A program made the position numbers and the translations under genes. The notes beneath the pieces were generated by a model. The model was not told the DNA's origin. It did no database searches and saw nothing but the letters and a program-made list of their open reading frames with translations. Shown one piece after another: positions 37,801 through 50,760 of a stretch of DNA of 64,000 nucleotides (its first letter is position 1; every line of letters starts with the position of its first letter). The stretch spans positions 767,073 through 831,072 of the forward strand of contig NMRA01000026.1 of assembly GCA_002633005.1 (NCBI GenBank), in the 5' to 3' direction. Source of the DNA: Phoronis australis (lineage: Eukaryota; Animalia; Phoronida).

Positions 37801-38885
37801 ATAAAATAACTTGATTGCTGATAATTGAATCACATTGGCAGCCCTTAAGGTGCATTTCGTTAAATTTGCGCTGGGGAAGTTGATGATGCTAGCTTACTCA
37901 ATCTATTTCGTATACCCATCAACTATGAAATATGTGTATTCAGTTTATATATTAGAAATGTTACAGGATAGTAGTAGCTGGGCATTTATTGTCATGGTTA
38001 TTTAGTTGTTATTCCTCATTTATTCTAATGCTAATGTATTTGTTGCATCTCAGTGTGCCTTTGTTACGTGGGCATGCGGGCGCCACTGTATGTGTTGGGC
38101 ACTTGGCTAGCGACAGGCTTCAGAGAAGGGTGCGTTTCCTTCTTTGTTTGTCAACTATGGATTGAGCGTATGTATTTTCGAACTGAACTGCAATGTAAAT
38201 GTATGTGTGAGGTGAAATACACATTTTGGTGTTCTTTGGGGATTTAATTTGTTGCAGAAACTTAAGTGGGAAATGAGTGGAGAATTGCCATATGAGATTA
38301 TGGCTATTTCTGCCTTATTAAAGCAAGGTACTGCTCTAACTTGATTGTTTGTTACTCAGAGGTTAGCAAGTTTCATGTTTCGGGCACCTAACTATGAGAT
38401 GGACATTCACAGGCATCGTGGGTGTTTCAAGGAAGTCTCAGTCATATAAACTGGGTATGGGTGTAATTTAGCCAGAGTTAGATTTTGATAATTTATAGAA
38501 AGTTTGGTTGTGAATGTAAGGATGTTTGGTTATGTCGTGAAATGTGAAATACAGTAGGGTATTTGTTCACTTATAGCATGCAATGTGGCCAACAAGTGAA
38601 ATTCTATTTTGCAAAATTTCTCCACAAAAATAAGGATGAAGAAATTTTTTGTCTATCACTGGCATGGTTTCTATTGAGTAGATGTCATGAACAACAATTG
38701 GAAAATTTCCTGTTTTATTTAGTAAAAACAATCAGCCTTTGAAAAATGGGGAAAATAATTTTGGCAATTATTTTGTGCAAAATATGTGGAGAATTTCTGT
38801 ACCATATATTTTTTTACATATATTTGGTTCTACTGACATTTTCTTAAACAATTTCGGTAGTAGAAAGATGCGAATACCTCTTAGA

Positions 38886-38928
38886 ACTAACTATTGATTT
38901 CTGTTTTGGTGATTTTGTTCAGGTAAGT
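38886..38928 (+). other. Candidate recursive splice (ratchet) site in intron 3
   Basis: ACTAAC branch point, T-rich tract, then CAG immediately followed by GTAAGT. Confidence 0.4.
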
Positions 38929-41900
38929 TTGTGGCGAAGGTGTGAAAAGACAGGTGTCATCAGTGAATGTATCTGAGAGTCGATAGTAGTGGATTTATCA
39001 ACGTTCTTTGCCTATATCAGAAAATTATGGTTTGTCGGACCTTGTCGACAAGTGTGCATTTTGACAAATATTTATAAAAACTATAGATTTTAACCCAATT
39101 AAAAAGTATTTATTTTCTTAAAGTAGAAAGCCTGTGATTTTTGACTTTTTTTACCAATCTGTTATTAATTGGGTTACGTTACAATGTTGTAATAGTAAAA
39201 TTTAGCAAGAAAGCAAGGTACGTTCATTGCAGAACAATAGTACCAATATTGTGACCAAAATTAATGTTCTGGAGGAAATGCTTGAAAGGTTGTTATAGTT
39301 TTCTAAATTATACCATTTTCATTTTGTGGGACTTTCTTGAGTTTTTTTGAATCAAAGTCATAAATGTCTTATTTTTTTAAGGTCCTCGTGCAAAAGTGGA
39401 ACATTTAACAAAAAATACAAAACAATATTCTGCGTAATTGGTGGCTACTGAAAGATTCATGTGAATTTGTTAAGTAATTTCTGAGGAATGATGTTTTGAA
39501 GTTAGTCAAATTTGAACATTTTTAAGGGACTCCAAGAACAGATCCTGTGTGAAGGTTAAGTTGTATGCTGGAAAGCACTCTTGGGAATCATGATTCCTCA
39601 GTCAGTAGTTCACTCAGGTCTAAATTTAGAATGATTTCCACTTAATTGCTGATATATATATATATAAGAAAGTCAATCCATTAAACTTTAAGTATAGAAA
39701 AAATATGCCTCCACGCAACATATTTTGCTATTACATGTAAATGATTAATAACTATTATCGATGATAGTTTCTGGTTGTCATCTTGTAAAATTTGGTAGTA
39801 TGTGCCTGCTTAATCTTTGGTTTTAAATGGTGGCTTAAACCATCATGTCGAAAAATACCTCGTAATTTGTGTTCGAGACTAATTTTGGTCGGTCACTGGT
39901 GAAGTCATTGTTCCTTGTTATCAATAATTAATTCGATAATAACTTTTGTTAACCACTCTTAAGATAATTGCCTGTGTCTGTCTGGATTTGTCAGGGGTTT
40001 GTAAATTTTTTTGATGCTATACTTGTGAAATTGTCGTGGATGTCCACATGGCGCCTTTTAGCCCATCTACACGATGAGTTTCCCGGAACAAGTTCCTCCT
40101 GGAACCAGTTTCCCTTCTAGGTTTAGTATAGTAGTAGCAGTGTGCACACTGTTTGTGCAGGGGCAACCTGACACGTTTGACAACTTACCCCACCTTATCA
40201 AGGTAGAGTAAATTGTTCCAAGATTACTTGCCTCAGGGGAAGTCTCTAGTGTGGTCACAAACTTGTCAAGGATGCAGATGAAAGTGCCTGCTGTGCACTT
40301 GGGCAGTTACAAAATGAAGCCTGTGAGTTTTCTTTCCAACCATATTTGCCGCAATGTGTTGGGTATGTAGGATAGACCTTCTGCTGACTGGGGGCAAGTT
40401 GCTCGTGGTCAAGTTGCTTCAGGGTACAAAAATCTTAGTAGACAACATGATTGACGACCAAAATTTTATTTTGTCAAATTTCTCCATGAAATAAAGATAT
40501 AGAAAGTTTAGTCTATTGCTGAATGTCTCATTACAATTGCAAGTGTTTCCATTATTCAAAAGAGTAATCTATGTTTGAAGAAATGAAAATTGGCGATTTT
40601 GGAAATATTTTTATGTGAAGTAAGTAAGGAGCTGTAGTTAAACTCAGATTATGTGAACGGTAGTTGGGAAAATCCTTAATCTGCTTAAGGGTCACTTTGC
40701 GTAGAAGCTCCCAACAATTATAATTTCCCAGCGGCACACCTCTTCAAGAATGTTGTCAAGTACCCTCTCGGGAATACTGCTAACTATGGTCAGCAGTTAA
40801 TGAGCCCACTTGTTAATTGTTTTAACTATGGTGAGGAGGCACAATGGCCAATCAGGCGTAAAAGCATTTGAGATTCATACAAACTTTTTGTAAGATCTGG
40901 TAGTCTAAGTCTTCTGGTTGTTAAATGGATAGCTAGAAGCAGTTTCACACTTCAAAGCTTTGTCTTGCTGTGTGTTCAGTTTATGTTGTAATAGATTCAT
41001 GTGCCTTCTTTCCACCAGAGGTCAGCAACAACGAAGCTTTGTAGGAACTTTCGCTTCCTCCTGTTGAAACATGAAACAAAACCAGAAAGTTAAAACTAAC
41101 ATAAAGCAATTGTGAGCATTTCTTGCTTCTTGTTTTTATTTAGATTACAAGCAAACTTGCCAAAACTAAGGGTACCTTTTCCTTAGAAAATGGGCAACTA
41201 AAATTGTTACAAGCCTTTGAAAACTAAAAAACCTCAATTTTCACACGACTACTGCCAGGCAGATGCTGACCAATTCAACTCTTCTGTAGGATTGCAAAAA
41301 TATTGTTTTTGCATCTTCGAAACAGGATTAGTGGCTTTAAAATAATTACATAACAATTTTCTAACTACATATATATATTTAGGACATAAAAGGACAGAGA
41401 AGTGAAGTTTTATTTTCTCTCGTTTATAAGTGACTGTTTTAGTCAGTATAATAAATCAGTTATTGATTCATGAAGCATATTTTGATTAAGTGTTCACCTT
41501 TCTTGATAAGTTGAACAATGTAAAACACCGTGTTCTTGGGTAGTTACTGCACGTGCCCTTACGTTAGACACATGGGCCTACGGTATGTGCTAAATGTTTT
41601 AGTTAAATAATTTTGAAATAGCATGAGCTAAACTTGACTTATCCATCGCAGAATAGTCCATGTTAATGCTTATTCCATTGACTTTTTAAATAGCGCTAAA
41701 ATGGACACAAGACATTACAAAACGTTTAACCTGAGTGTGCACTTGTGCGAGAAATAGATAGCCTGACTGATTCAATAGTTGCTAGGGCACGTACACCTAG
41801 ATGTGAAATACAGGTACGGAAACTTTTCTTTGAAAAGATAATTAATTTTCTAAAAAGGCGCACGTGCCTAAACTATGTACGTATCGCGGTGTGTATTATT

Positions 41901-43260
41901 TGATAAATCCTTCCGTACGTGTATGAGTAAAACTGCAGCACTAATTCTCTACGCTATGATTGTAATTCCAACATCTCGAACTCACCTCTTCTTTTATGGA
42001 GGTAGAAAAATACATTTTTACGATTGACCTATTTTTCGAATTGTTGGGTCACTTTTTCACTTATGTGCAGAGTTAGACAAGTGAAGAGGGTCATGTGATC
42101 ATGTCTCTTTATTGAAATTAAGCAAAAAGATATGTAACTATACTGATAGCAAAACAAGGGTATTAAAAACAAATTGACCAATTTTTGTTCGATGGAATCT
42201 CAAAATCACTGTTACAGTCGCAGTTTTCTAAATTACCGTTTGTTTTTCGTTTTATGCAAACTTTTGAATTTTTATTAAATTGATGTCATGAAGTCGTACT
42301 TTTGATGGCGCCTCATGCAAAAGTACGGCATTTTAAAGCCAATCTTAACAAAGTTTGATGAGCTTTGCACGAGACATAGTGTCTCATACTTTCAAATGAA
42401 TCCTTTCATCCAGTTATGAGATATGATGTTCTCAATTACATGACCTCAACTGTCTAAAACCAGCTTTATATATAGACAGTAGCATGGTAGTGATGTGCCC
42501 TATGGATGCGCAACAGCATTGTGGGTAAATTCAACAGAATCGGAGAGGTTGTTGTTAGTTTCCCCAGAAGTGACTGTTGAAGAGTCTAACATTCTTTTAA
42601 CTCGGGTGGAAAAGTCAAGTGGGTTTTAGTCTGTAATCAGGACCGATAACTTAGAACATGTCTTCGGAGTTACACGAAGACTCAACATGAATAAGATATG
42701 TTGCTTATTGAACCCTAGATCTGCTCATCAAATATTTAAGACTTCGGAGGCTTAACTGGTGAAATATAATCAAATCGAGTATTCATTATGGCATTGCTGC
42801 TTGGCGATTACCGAGGGAGGTTTCACTAGATTTAGCTCATTAACTTAACTATATTCGCAATATGCGACTCTCGTACTTGTCATTTTTCTTCTAAAAGTGA
42901 CAAAATGATATTTGAATGCGTGTCATAACATTTCAATTTCTGAGTCCAGTGTTATGTCAGTGTTACTTTAAAATTCATGTCAGTGAAGTTCATGTGGGTG
43001 CCCCCGAATAGTAAACGAGAAACTTAGTTGTGCCCCTGACTATGTATTTTGCTAATGAGTTTAAGGTAAATAAGCTTTGAGGATCTTAATGAATTAATAT
43101 TGGGAGGTATGCTGGGATTTCCATCCTAACGCTAGACGTCATTCTGACGGAGACTTGACGAGCGGTGTATTGATGTTCACTTGTGGACTGATTGCAGAAA
43201 CGAGAAGAGTGGATTTATCATTGTGACAACAGGAGTCAGTAGAAATACTGAGGAGCCAGG

Positions 43261-43411
43261 ATGAAAGTGTTTATTGTGGAAAATTCCTTGTTTTTACATT
43301 TAACTCTGCTTTTGGTGGCATTCATGCTGTTGATTAACAGCAGTGAAGCGTTTAAACACAGACGACATAGACACCTGAGAAACAAAAAGTCTGGTGTTAG
43401 AAAAGTACAGG
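43261..43411 (+). CDS. Internal alternative first exon 1c: signal peptide plus polybasic peptide MKVFIVENSLFLHLTLLLVAFMLLINSSEA-FKHRRHRHLRNKKSGVRKVQ
   Basis: ATG with A at -3, strong h-region, S-E-A cleavage motif, donor G|GTAAGA at 43412. Phase 1 matches the exon 4 acceptor. Confidence 0.7.
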
Positions 43412-44455
43412 GTAAGAACTTGTCCACTTTCTTAGAAAATATGGCTCGTGGGTAAAGGTACGAGGTGCACCGTTTTCAGTTAATTTTTAGTAGATGTTGC
43501 TAGGCAACTCTTGGTTTTCATTCATTGCGTTTATTTTGTAATTTGTTTTGAATAATGAACGTAATTACATTGAGCAGAAACTGATAATTTTACAACTGTT
43601 GTTTACAACCACACAATGCATTCTGTCATGATATTCCGCATTTATTTATTTTGTTTTTGTTGTTTTTAAGTAATGTTTTTGTCTAGCATCGTTTATGTTT
43701 TCTACCTCCTCTAATTTTGTCAAAAACTAATATTATTAAGCCAGTTCTTGTTGAAGACAATAAAATGCTCTGTTGTGTGGCGAAATGCTCTGTTGTGTAA
43801 GCGAAACAGACGGGTTGTTAGCAAATGGACTGTAAATTGGTGTGCTGCTCAATAAAGGGACATTTTCATCTAATAATCTATATTTGATTATGAGCAGTTT
43901 GCATTATTATTGATAAGTGGGTAGCTCATAAGTTGTCCATGTGCAAGTGCATCTGAGCCAGTCCGGGCTGAATTTGTCCAAAAATATTTATAAGCACATT
44001 GTAATAAAGCCACTGAGACCGTTCAAGTTGGATTTTGTAAAGGAACTTCTCAAAGGTAGATTTAAAGGGACCTGTCCAATTGCATGATACAGTCGCACTA
44101 GGCACTCGGCTTTTCAGCGCATTTTTGCAAACACTAATTGTTCTATTTTCGGCTATTTTATCTAAATTGCTATGTCAAGTTTTTGATTTGCTACACAGCG
44201 GGACTAACCTGTACATTGATTTCTTAATTGCATTGAAAATAAACAAGGATATACTCACACTCAATTGATCTAATTTCATTGAATTAAGGGCTTGGTTTTT
44301 AGATCAAAGAAAAATGTCAAGAGCAGCTCACATCACGATAGAGTGATTGAAAAATACAGCATTAATGATTACACAAATTCTACATTTGTGCTGACAATTT
44401 GGGAGTACCTATCGGGTGTTTGATGCTACTCGGCTAATAAGGAAGTCCAGCCTCC

Positions 44456-44595
44456 CGTTCAGTAACGCCAGGACCTCGCTAAAAACCAAGACTTCGCAAG
44501 ATTACGTGAGACATCGCCGTGCAATTTTAATGAGAACACGCGACTTTGACTAGATTTTAGGTAGGTCCTAACGTAAGTCCTAGTGTTACTGAACG
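44456..44595. mobile_element. 140-bp MITE
   Basis: TIR CGTTCAGTAAC / GTTACTGAACG. Homologous copy at ~34640-34770. Confidence 0.65.
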
Positions 44596-46686
44596 CACAC
44601 CAGGTATACAGCCAAAAACTGGCTCACACTGTTGTTAAGGAACAATGTAAACATTTTTCCTTTGGTCAGTCAACAGTGGTCAGGCCTCTCTCACAAGAAC
44701 CTAGATCTACCAGTGAGTCTGTTGTACACCCTCGTTAGGGTTGATGTGAATTCACATCAGACTGATGATAGTATGTTATCATTCATAGCGTTATTCATGG
44801 AAAACCTCTTTTGGTCGTTTTTCATTGATGGGTGATAAGAGATCTCTTGAGTTTTCATGATTAGTGATAAATCTTGCATGATAATCATTTAAATGTATTC
44901 AGAGAAATGGCTAATATGAGTTCACTTAAAAAATATTGTGGTAAATTTTGATCAACCAAAATTGGCCGCATATTTTTTTAAATCATATTGGCTCCACATA
45001 AAGCGATCTTCTGCGTTTGTTATGCCTGAGAATTTTGTTCTGGTGGCTCAGTTAATCTAGTTACCGTAAGTAGAACTTTTGTACAAAAGTTATTTCTGTA
45101 CTTTAAACAGGCATTTTCCCCATCTTCTTGTCGAATACCGAAATCAACTATGTGTAAAACATATGTTTGTGGACTTTTGAAGTTAATTTGTCAACCATTT
45201 TCTTTCATTGCGCTTTGTTTTGATAATCAACTGGAGTTAAAAATAGGGAAATAAGATATGTAGTGTGTTGACTTACTTCCCTCAATTCTTTGATGTCTGT
45301 GAAGGGGAAATCCGCTTTTTGTCTCCATGATAGTGCACTCTTTTCTGGACCGCTTTTTCTTAATGTGTCTACCAACTTGCACCTTAATTCCTTATCTCTG
45401 TGATTGCTCGGTCAATTTAGATAGAAACCCAACATATAGTGATGATGTGAATATGAAGTAGGTTGAAAATTGCCAAATGTTTTTAAGAACGAGTTTTGTG
45501 TCGAAAATGATGTACGTAAATCACTCAACCATATCCAGTAAGTCCTGTTAGGATATAAGCTCCCAAGGTGTGTCATTAGTGCAAAGGTCACCTGTGTGGC
45601 GATTTTTTTTGTTATCACATTTAAAAATTGTCAATGGATACATCTGCACTTTGTTTAACGTAGATGATGTTCAAATAACATTGTTGTTTAGTTCCTGCTT
45701 TACATTAGCATAGTTAGGAGCATGCCAATACATCTTTAAGGTTTTGCAGGACGCTAGAAAATGTCAAAATTTGACTAACTTGGGAAATTGCTTTAAAGAG
45801 TTGTTTTACAATGTTCCAATTTTAAATGAGGGGCTGTCAGAAATAGGACAACTATTATTTTCAAGAAAATCTCTTAAATATGCATAAAATGAAAATGAAA
45901 TGTCTTTGACCGTAATTTAGAAAACTCAAATTGTGTTTTTGTGATATCTGTTTAATACTGATACTTGTCACTGAGCTAGTCCTACACAGCCTTAAGTTTG
46001 GCCGTAGTCCTCTCTTTCTACGGTCACCTTCCAACTCTTGCGTCGTTCCTCATCTGTTCCCTTTCATTGACTATCTTACAGTACCTTACTTATCACGATT
46101 TTCTGGTCTTAAAAGTTTTTTAAGTGTATGGTTTGCACATTTTAGTGTAAAATGCTTAGCACAAAACATGTACCTTCAGTATTATTACGTAATGATAAAA
46201 ACGGTTTTGGTAATAGCAGATGATTTCCAATGGACAACCTCCCACGATAATATGGATGTTTCAAGTCTTGTGTGGCTCATTTCGTCTGAAGTTGGACTGA
46301 GTACACCCCTATGGGTCGTTAAATCATCGTTTGCTTTGATTTCACAATGTATAGCAAATTTTCAATCAAAAATTTTCTTGAAGTTGCATTTTAGCCAGCT
46401 AAACACCATTTAACACAAATAAGACATTTTACTGTCGTAATGTTGGTCTTTGTATTATGTACCTTCATCTGGTGGAATTCGTTGGTTTCAATTACATTCA
46501 CCATTTTTTAATTCACAATTTTAGGGTTGATCAATGGCAATAATCTAGAACTTAACTCTTTATTGTTTTAATTGATTTATTCTTATTGAAGTGACATGAA
46601 CAAAAATTCATTGTTGACTCTCAGAATTGGGACAGCCTACACTAATATAGGTGGCCCCGCCCACAGACTACCAAGAGCATGGCGTG

Positions 46687-46862
46687 TATATCAATATAAG
46701 GGTGTCACCGCTTTCGGGCCTCCTTCAGGTGGGACACCTATATTAATATATAAGGGTCCCACTTTTTAGCCACCTTCAGGTAGGACCCTCCATATTAATG
46801 CGGAAAGCCCTATCCGTCTTCATGTGGGGCCACTTGTATTAGCATATAGGGGTCCCACTTTT
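46687..46862 (+). repeat. ~50-bp degenerate minisatellite (about 3.5 units) with an internal hairpin
   Basis: Unit ~TATATTAATATATAAGGGTCCCAC..CCTTCAGGTRGGACCC. Confidence 0.7.
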
Positions 46863-47129
46863 GAAGGTCAAAATGGATTTCCTGCATAGGTCATTTTAAT
46901 AAGAATGAGTGAAGAGTGAAGTACAGCCTTAATTACCATATGTGCTGCTCAAAAAGCTCCTTATTTTTGCTCTCTCATAACTACTTACAGACTTGATCAA
47001 TAAAGACTAAATATATTACAAATAGTTCAGTCATTATGATATACCCTGGAGGGGTTTCTGAAAAATGTGGTTATTTGACCAAATATATCTATCCACGTTC
47101 TCCTACATTGGGGGTATTTTAAGTTCATG

Positions 47130-48030
47130 ACTTGATCATAAATTACCCTGGAGTCTGGGGATTTCAGGATTTCTTTATAATTTTGTATAAAACAGAGCTT
47201 TGAGGTATTATTTTGGTGCCCATTGCTCAGCTCCTGTTGGTGCCATGAGAGGTGACATAGGTTGGATTCACCCTAGATATAATCGTCGTATGAATATGGT
47301 TCGTCTGTAGAATAGAATATTTAGTTATAATTGTAGAAGACTTACCAGAAAAGTATTTGAAATGGACTATAACCAAAACAATTCAAATTGGTCCTCCGAG
47401 ATAAAAACAAGTTTCAGCTCTTGTCAGTTAAATCACATATTCGAATCCAAAATTAAATGCGATATTACTGTTTTACAAACAAATCGTGTTAATACTGTGG
47501 TTGATGAATGGAAAAATACTGTTAATCAATCACCTAAAGTAAGAACCTACAAAATATTTAAAATTTAAAGGACTTTTTTAATGAAAACTACGTTCCAGTT
47601 TGACCAGATATCGTAGATCACTTTTATAACAATTCCATTTGGAGTTTTCCCACTTTATATTGAAACTGGTAGGTTTTCTAACACTGATCTCAGAAACAGA
47701 CTTTGTTTGCTTTGTAATTTGCATGCCACTGAGAATGAAATTCATTTTCTTTGCCATTGTCCTTTTTATGAAGATTTTAAAAGTTTTGTTGTTTGATACA
47801 ATCACACTTAATCTTTTGGATTTACACCTGTTCATTTCTGAAGACAAACTTGCTATTTTACGTAATAATTTTTGTAATGATATGGCTAGATATTATGCAG
47901 AAGCTGCCTGTCGAGGAAATTGTCTGCTCACTTAATTTCTTAAATGGTTTCGAGCTTGATATAAAATTGTATGCGCATTGCTGTTCCTGTGCTTAAAAGT
48001 GACTAATAAGCCTTGTGGGCTGGGTGTTCA
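47130..48030 (+). mobile_element. Degenerate 5'-truncated non-LTR retrotransposon (LINE ORF2 C-terminus, RTE-X-like by inference)
   Basis: Fragments NRALRYYFGAH..AP..AMRGDIGW, PKVRTYKIFK and PLYIETGRF...RLCLLC...ENEIHFLCHCPFY (CCHC finger), with stops and frameshifts. Confidence 0.8.
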
Positions 48031-49589
48031 AGTAAAATGATCGTTGTAAGAAATTTATTTTCTCTTTGTTTTCTATCTACTTGAATATTAGATTCTATTT
48101 TTGTAGAAAACAGTATTCAACGTTTGGTTTACTTTTCTTGCATAGCATTATAACTGGTAAAATCTCACTAATTTAGGACACGCTATTGCGGACAGGTAAA
48201 ATTTCACGTCCATATTTTTCGTAAAAAGCAGGTTGCATCGGCTCAAGATTTTATCAGTTTTAAGTTTTATTCCTTGGCGTTGGACAAGGTTTTCAGTGGT
48301 TATGGCCATCCACAACAGTTTAGAAGCCTTGGAAAGTCAAAACCCATCAGTTTTGGCAATTGTTTTTGTCCCATTGGTGAGACATTACCGATAGGCTGTA
48401 TTTCAGTTCCTTCTGGGCAAAACACTTTCTTGTCACCAAAAGAGCAATTCCATGCTCTCCTGAAAATCTTCTTGGACAATATTCACTCACAAAGTTCTGT
48501 AACAGTTGCACAGATAAATTCTAGGATTTTGTTAGACTGAAGGATTAAATCAATACATGTCTGCATTCATTTTGTTTTTAAAAATACTTTGGTGCTTGTA
48601 GTTGTCTGTTTTACTTTATTCCCAAGACTTTCTGTTTTCTTCTGTTGACCTTTTAGTTGTTGCCGTGGAAACCAAATAAAAGTTAATGGTTAATGACTTG
48701 ATGACAGCGTCACGCAATATTTTCCTGTAATCACTTGTTTAATTGACAGTTGTCTTAATAACCCATTATTAAGATAGATAATTTGTGTTGATCACGCTTA
48801 GAGACAGACATGTTGATAGACAGTGTGGCTCTTTACCCTTGATGCCGGAAGCAAATAAGTGCCCATCTCCATCTTCAGTACTCTAGTGACACTTTAAATA
48901 ATTACAAATTGTTTTCTTGATGTTACTAGTAAATGACACAAATCCTTGATCACTTGTATTGCTCTCTTTATTCACGTCAGTTTTTGTCCTTGCTGTGTTT
49001 GGAATGAGTTAAGTTTGTATTGTGATCACAGACATCACATGAAAACCGTTAATTTTTATTAAGCTATTAATGTTATTTTCATCAAAATGTAGTATTTTTT
49101 TATCCGGGAAGCAACTCATGGACATTTTGATTTACTGCCCTGCAGTTTGTGATTATTATTTGGACTGTTTGGTATTCGTCATCATTTGTACCTTCTGCAC
49201 TAAACATCGTTGAATGTGTGGAAGCCCTCTGGGCAGCCTGGAATACATTGCGCCGAATAAAATCTATTAAGTATTTTGACTGGAGAACAGTCAGTTTTAT
49301 AGAAGTAAGTAGTCTAAATCAACTGTTGGTTGTTATGATGGAAGGTAGTTTTGTAACTGCTTCAAATATTAAAAGGCGTACCAACATACGTGACCTAACA
49401 CTATAGTCCTACTAGATGTGAGCTCTGGATCTCATGGGTACACATATCTCCAAAGCTTTAGATTTTAAGTCAATAAAAGTATATATTTTACGAAATTATT
49501 TAGGTAGTATGTAGTTTGATGTTTCACTTTTTATGATGTTCCACATTGGCCAAATTTCGACGTTTTTCTAGGGTCCTGCATAACCTTAA

Positions 49590-50551
49590 AGGGTACACAA
49601 CATGACTCTAGTACCTCAAAATAAATTTTATTATTATATCTTACTTGATTTCAGTGCCTTTAGTGCACAGCTCATAAAGAAACACGCAAAAACTGAAAAA
49701 ATAATAATTATGTACAACGTCATGGGTTGAACCCAAGTCGTTCGCCATACTGTTCGGATCAGAGACAAAGTGTATAGAGTGAATTGAAAGCAAAGTACAT
49801 TTAGTGTCGAGAAGGTTCGTAGAGGGATCAAAAGATGTGTTTCCGGAGGCTGAAGCAATAGCAACCAGACGGAGAACGTCTCGGTGTTCCGAAGGATACC
49901 AAAGTTACGCAGAAGTGGCATCGCTTCGTGCGCCGAACGAGAGTGTGGGACCTCATCGTGGACCAAGCGATTCAGTCCGGGGCCACTCTGTGTTCTGCCC
50001 TCTTTGAGGACTAGTGTTTCGACTCCAGTCACAGGAGATGTTACGATGAGGGCCTCGTTCAATAAAGGACAATATTTATCATTCAGAAACATCGGCTCTT
50101 AATTCAGGATCGTCTGTTGGATGACTGTGTTGACTCGTTGAGCCCGAGGCCGCTTCTCTCGCGGGAGGATCTAGTTCGTAAGGCTCAAAGTAGAAAAGTA
50201 TGCAGCCAGAGGCACATTAAACTTGTTCTCGCTTTCGTGCAACCCCATTTCCTCATCCTGGCTACCATTCCCATACGTTTCTTCATAGTATTCATTCAAT
50301 TCTCGCTCATAATCGTCGTCGCTTTCAAATTCAGTGCTCTCCGCCAGTGTTCAATGCTAGTCACTGATCTCTTGTGTTCAACCCATGACGTCACATGGCG
50401 GGAAATGTGAAAATTGGCAAAGTTGAAAGAAAAATCAAAATTTCGAGCTAATTACACAAAATAAACATGGGTTTAGCTAAATTTTACGTCATACATTTAT
50501 TCTGTGGCCACCGGTAATTCAAAATGTGTAAAAATCTACGGTGTGTACTGT
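49590..50551 (+). mobile_element. Kolobok DNA transposon internal-deletion derivative
   Basis: TTAA on both sides (49586-49589, 50552-50555) and short TIR AGGGTACACA / TGTGTACTGT. Decayed THAP N-terminus on + (~49827-49950: KRCVSGG*SNSN..F-PKD...KW.RFVRRTR.W). Convergent acidic KolX-like first exon on - (50347-50080: ...FEPYELDPP...RADVSEW). Confidence 0.75.
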
Positions 50552-50604
50552 TTAAGTATTCAGACTGTAGTAAGTTGATTGACATTGATATTTTGATGTT
50601 TCAG

Positions 50605-50760
50605 TGAAGCCTCAGTTTGTGGGAGAGTATTCCAGCCCAAGTCGTGTCACCAAGAAGGAAGGTGGAACCGTTATTCTTTACTGTAACGTGACAGGTATAC
50701 CCACTCCCACTGTCCAATGGTTCAGGATACCAATGCAAGACAAAATGGCTCCTAAAGAAA
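50605..50760 (+). CDS. Exon 4: Ig2 N-half (V)KPQFVGEYSSPSRVTKKEGGTVILYCNVTGIPTPTVQWFRIPMQDKMAPKE
   Basis: Acceptor gatgtttcag, donor A|GTACGT. EGxxVxLxCxxxGxPxPxVxW I-set motif. Confidence 0.93.

Noticed and set aside
38054-38129. 76-nt exon-like segment (cag...GG|GTGCGT)
   Set aside because: Not frame-preserving in a phase-1 intron and shows no recognisable motif.
45931-46413. Longest listed ORF (160 aa) and the other 60-150-aa ORFs in the track
   Set aside because: Mostly non-ATG starts with no domain motifs or splice support, as expected by chance in intronic DNA. Only the ORFs at 31578, 43261, 47362 and 50604 match real features in frame.
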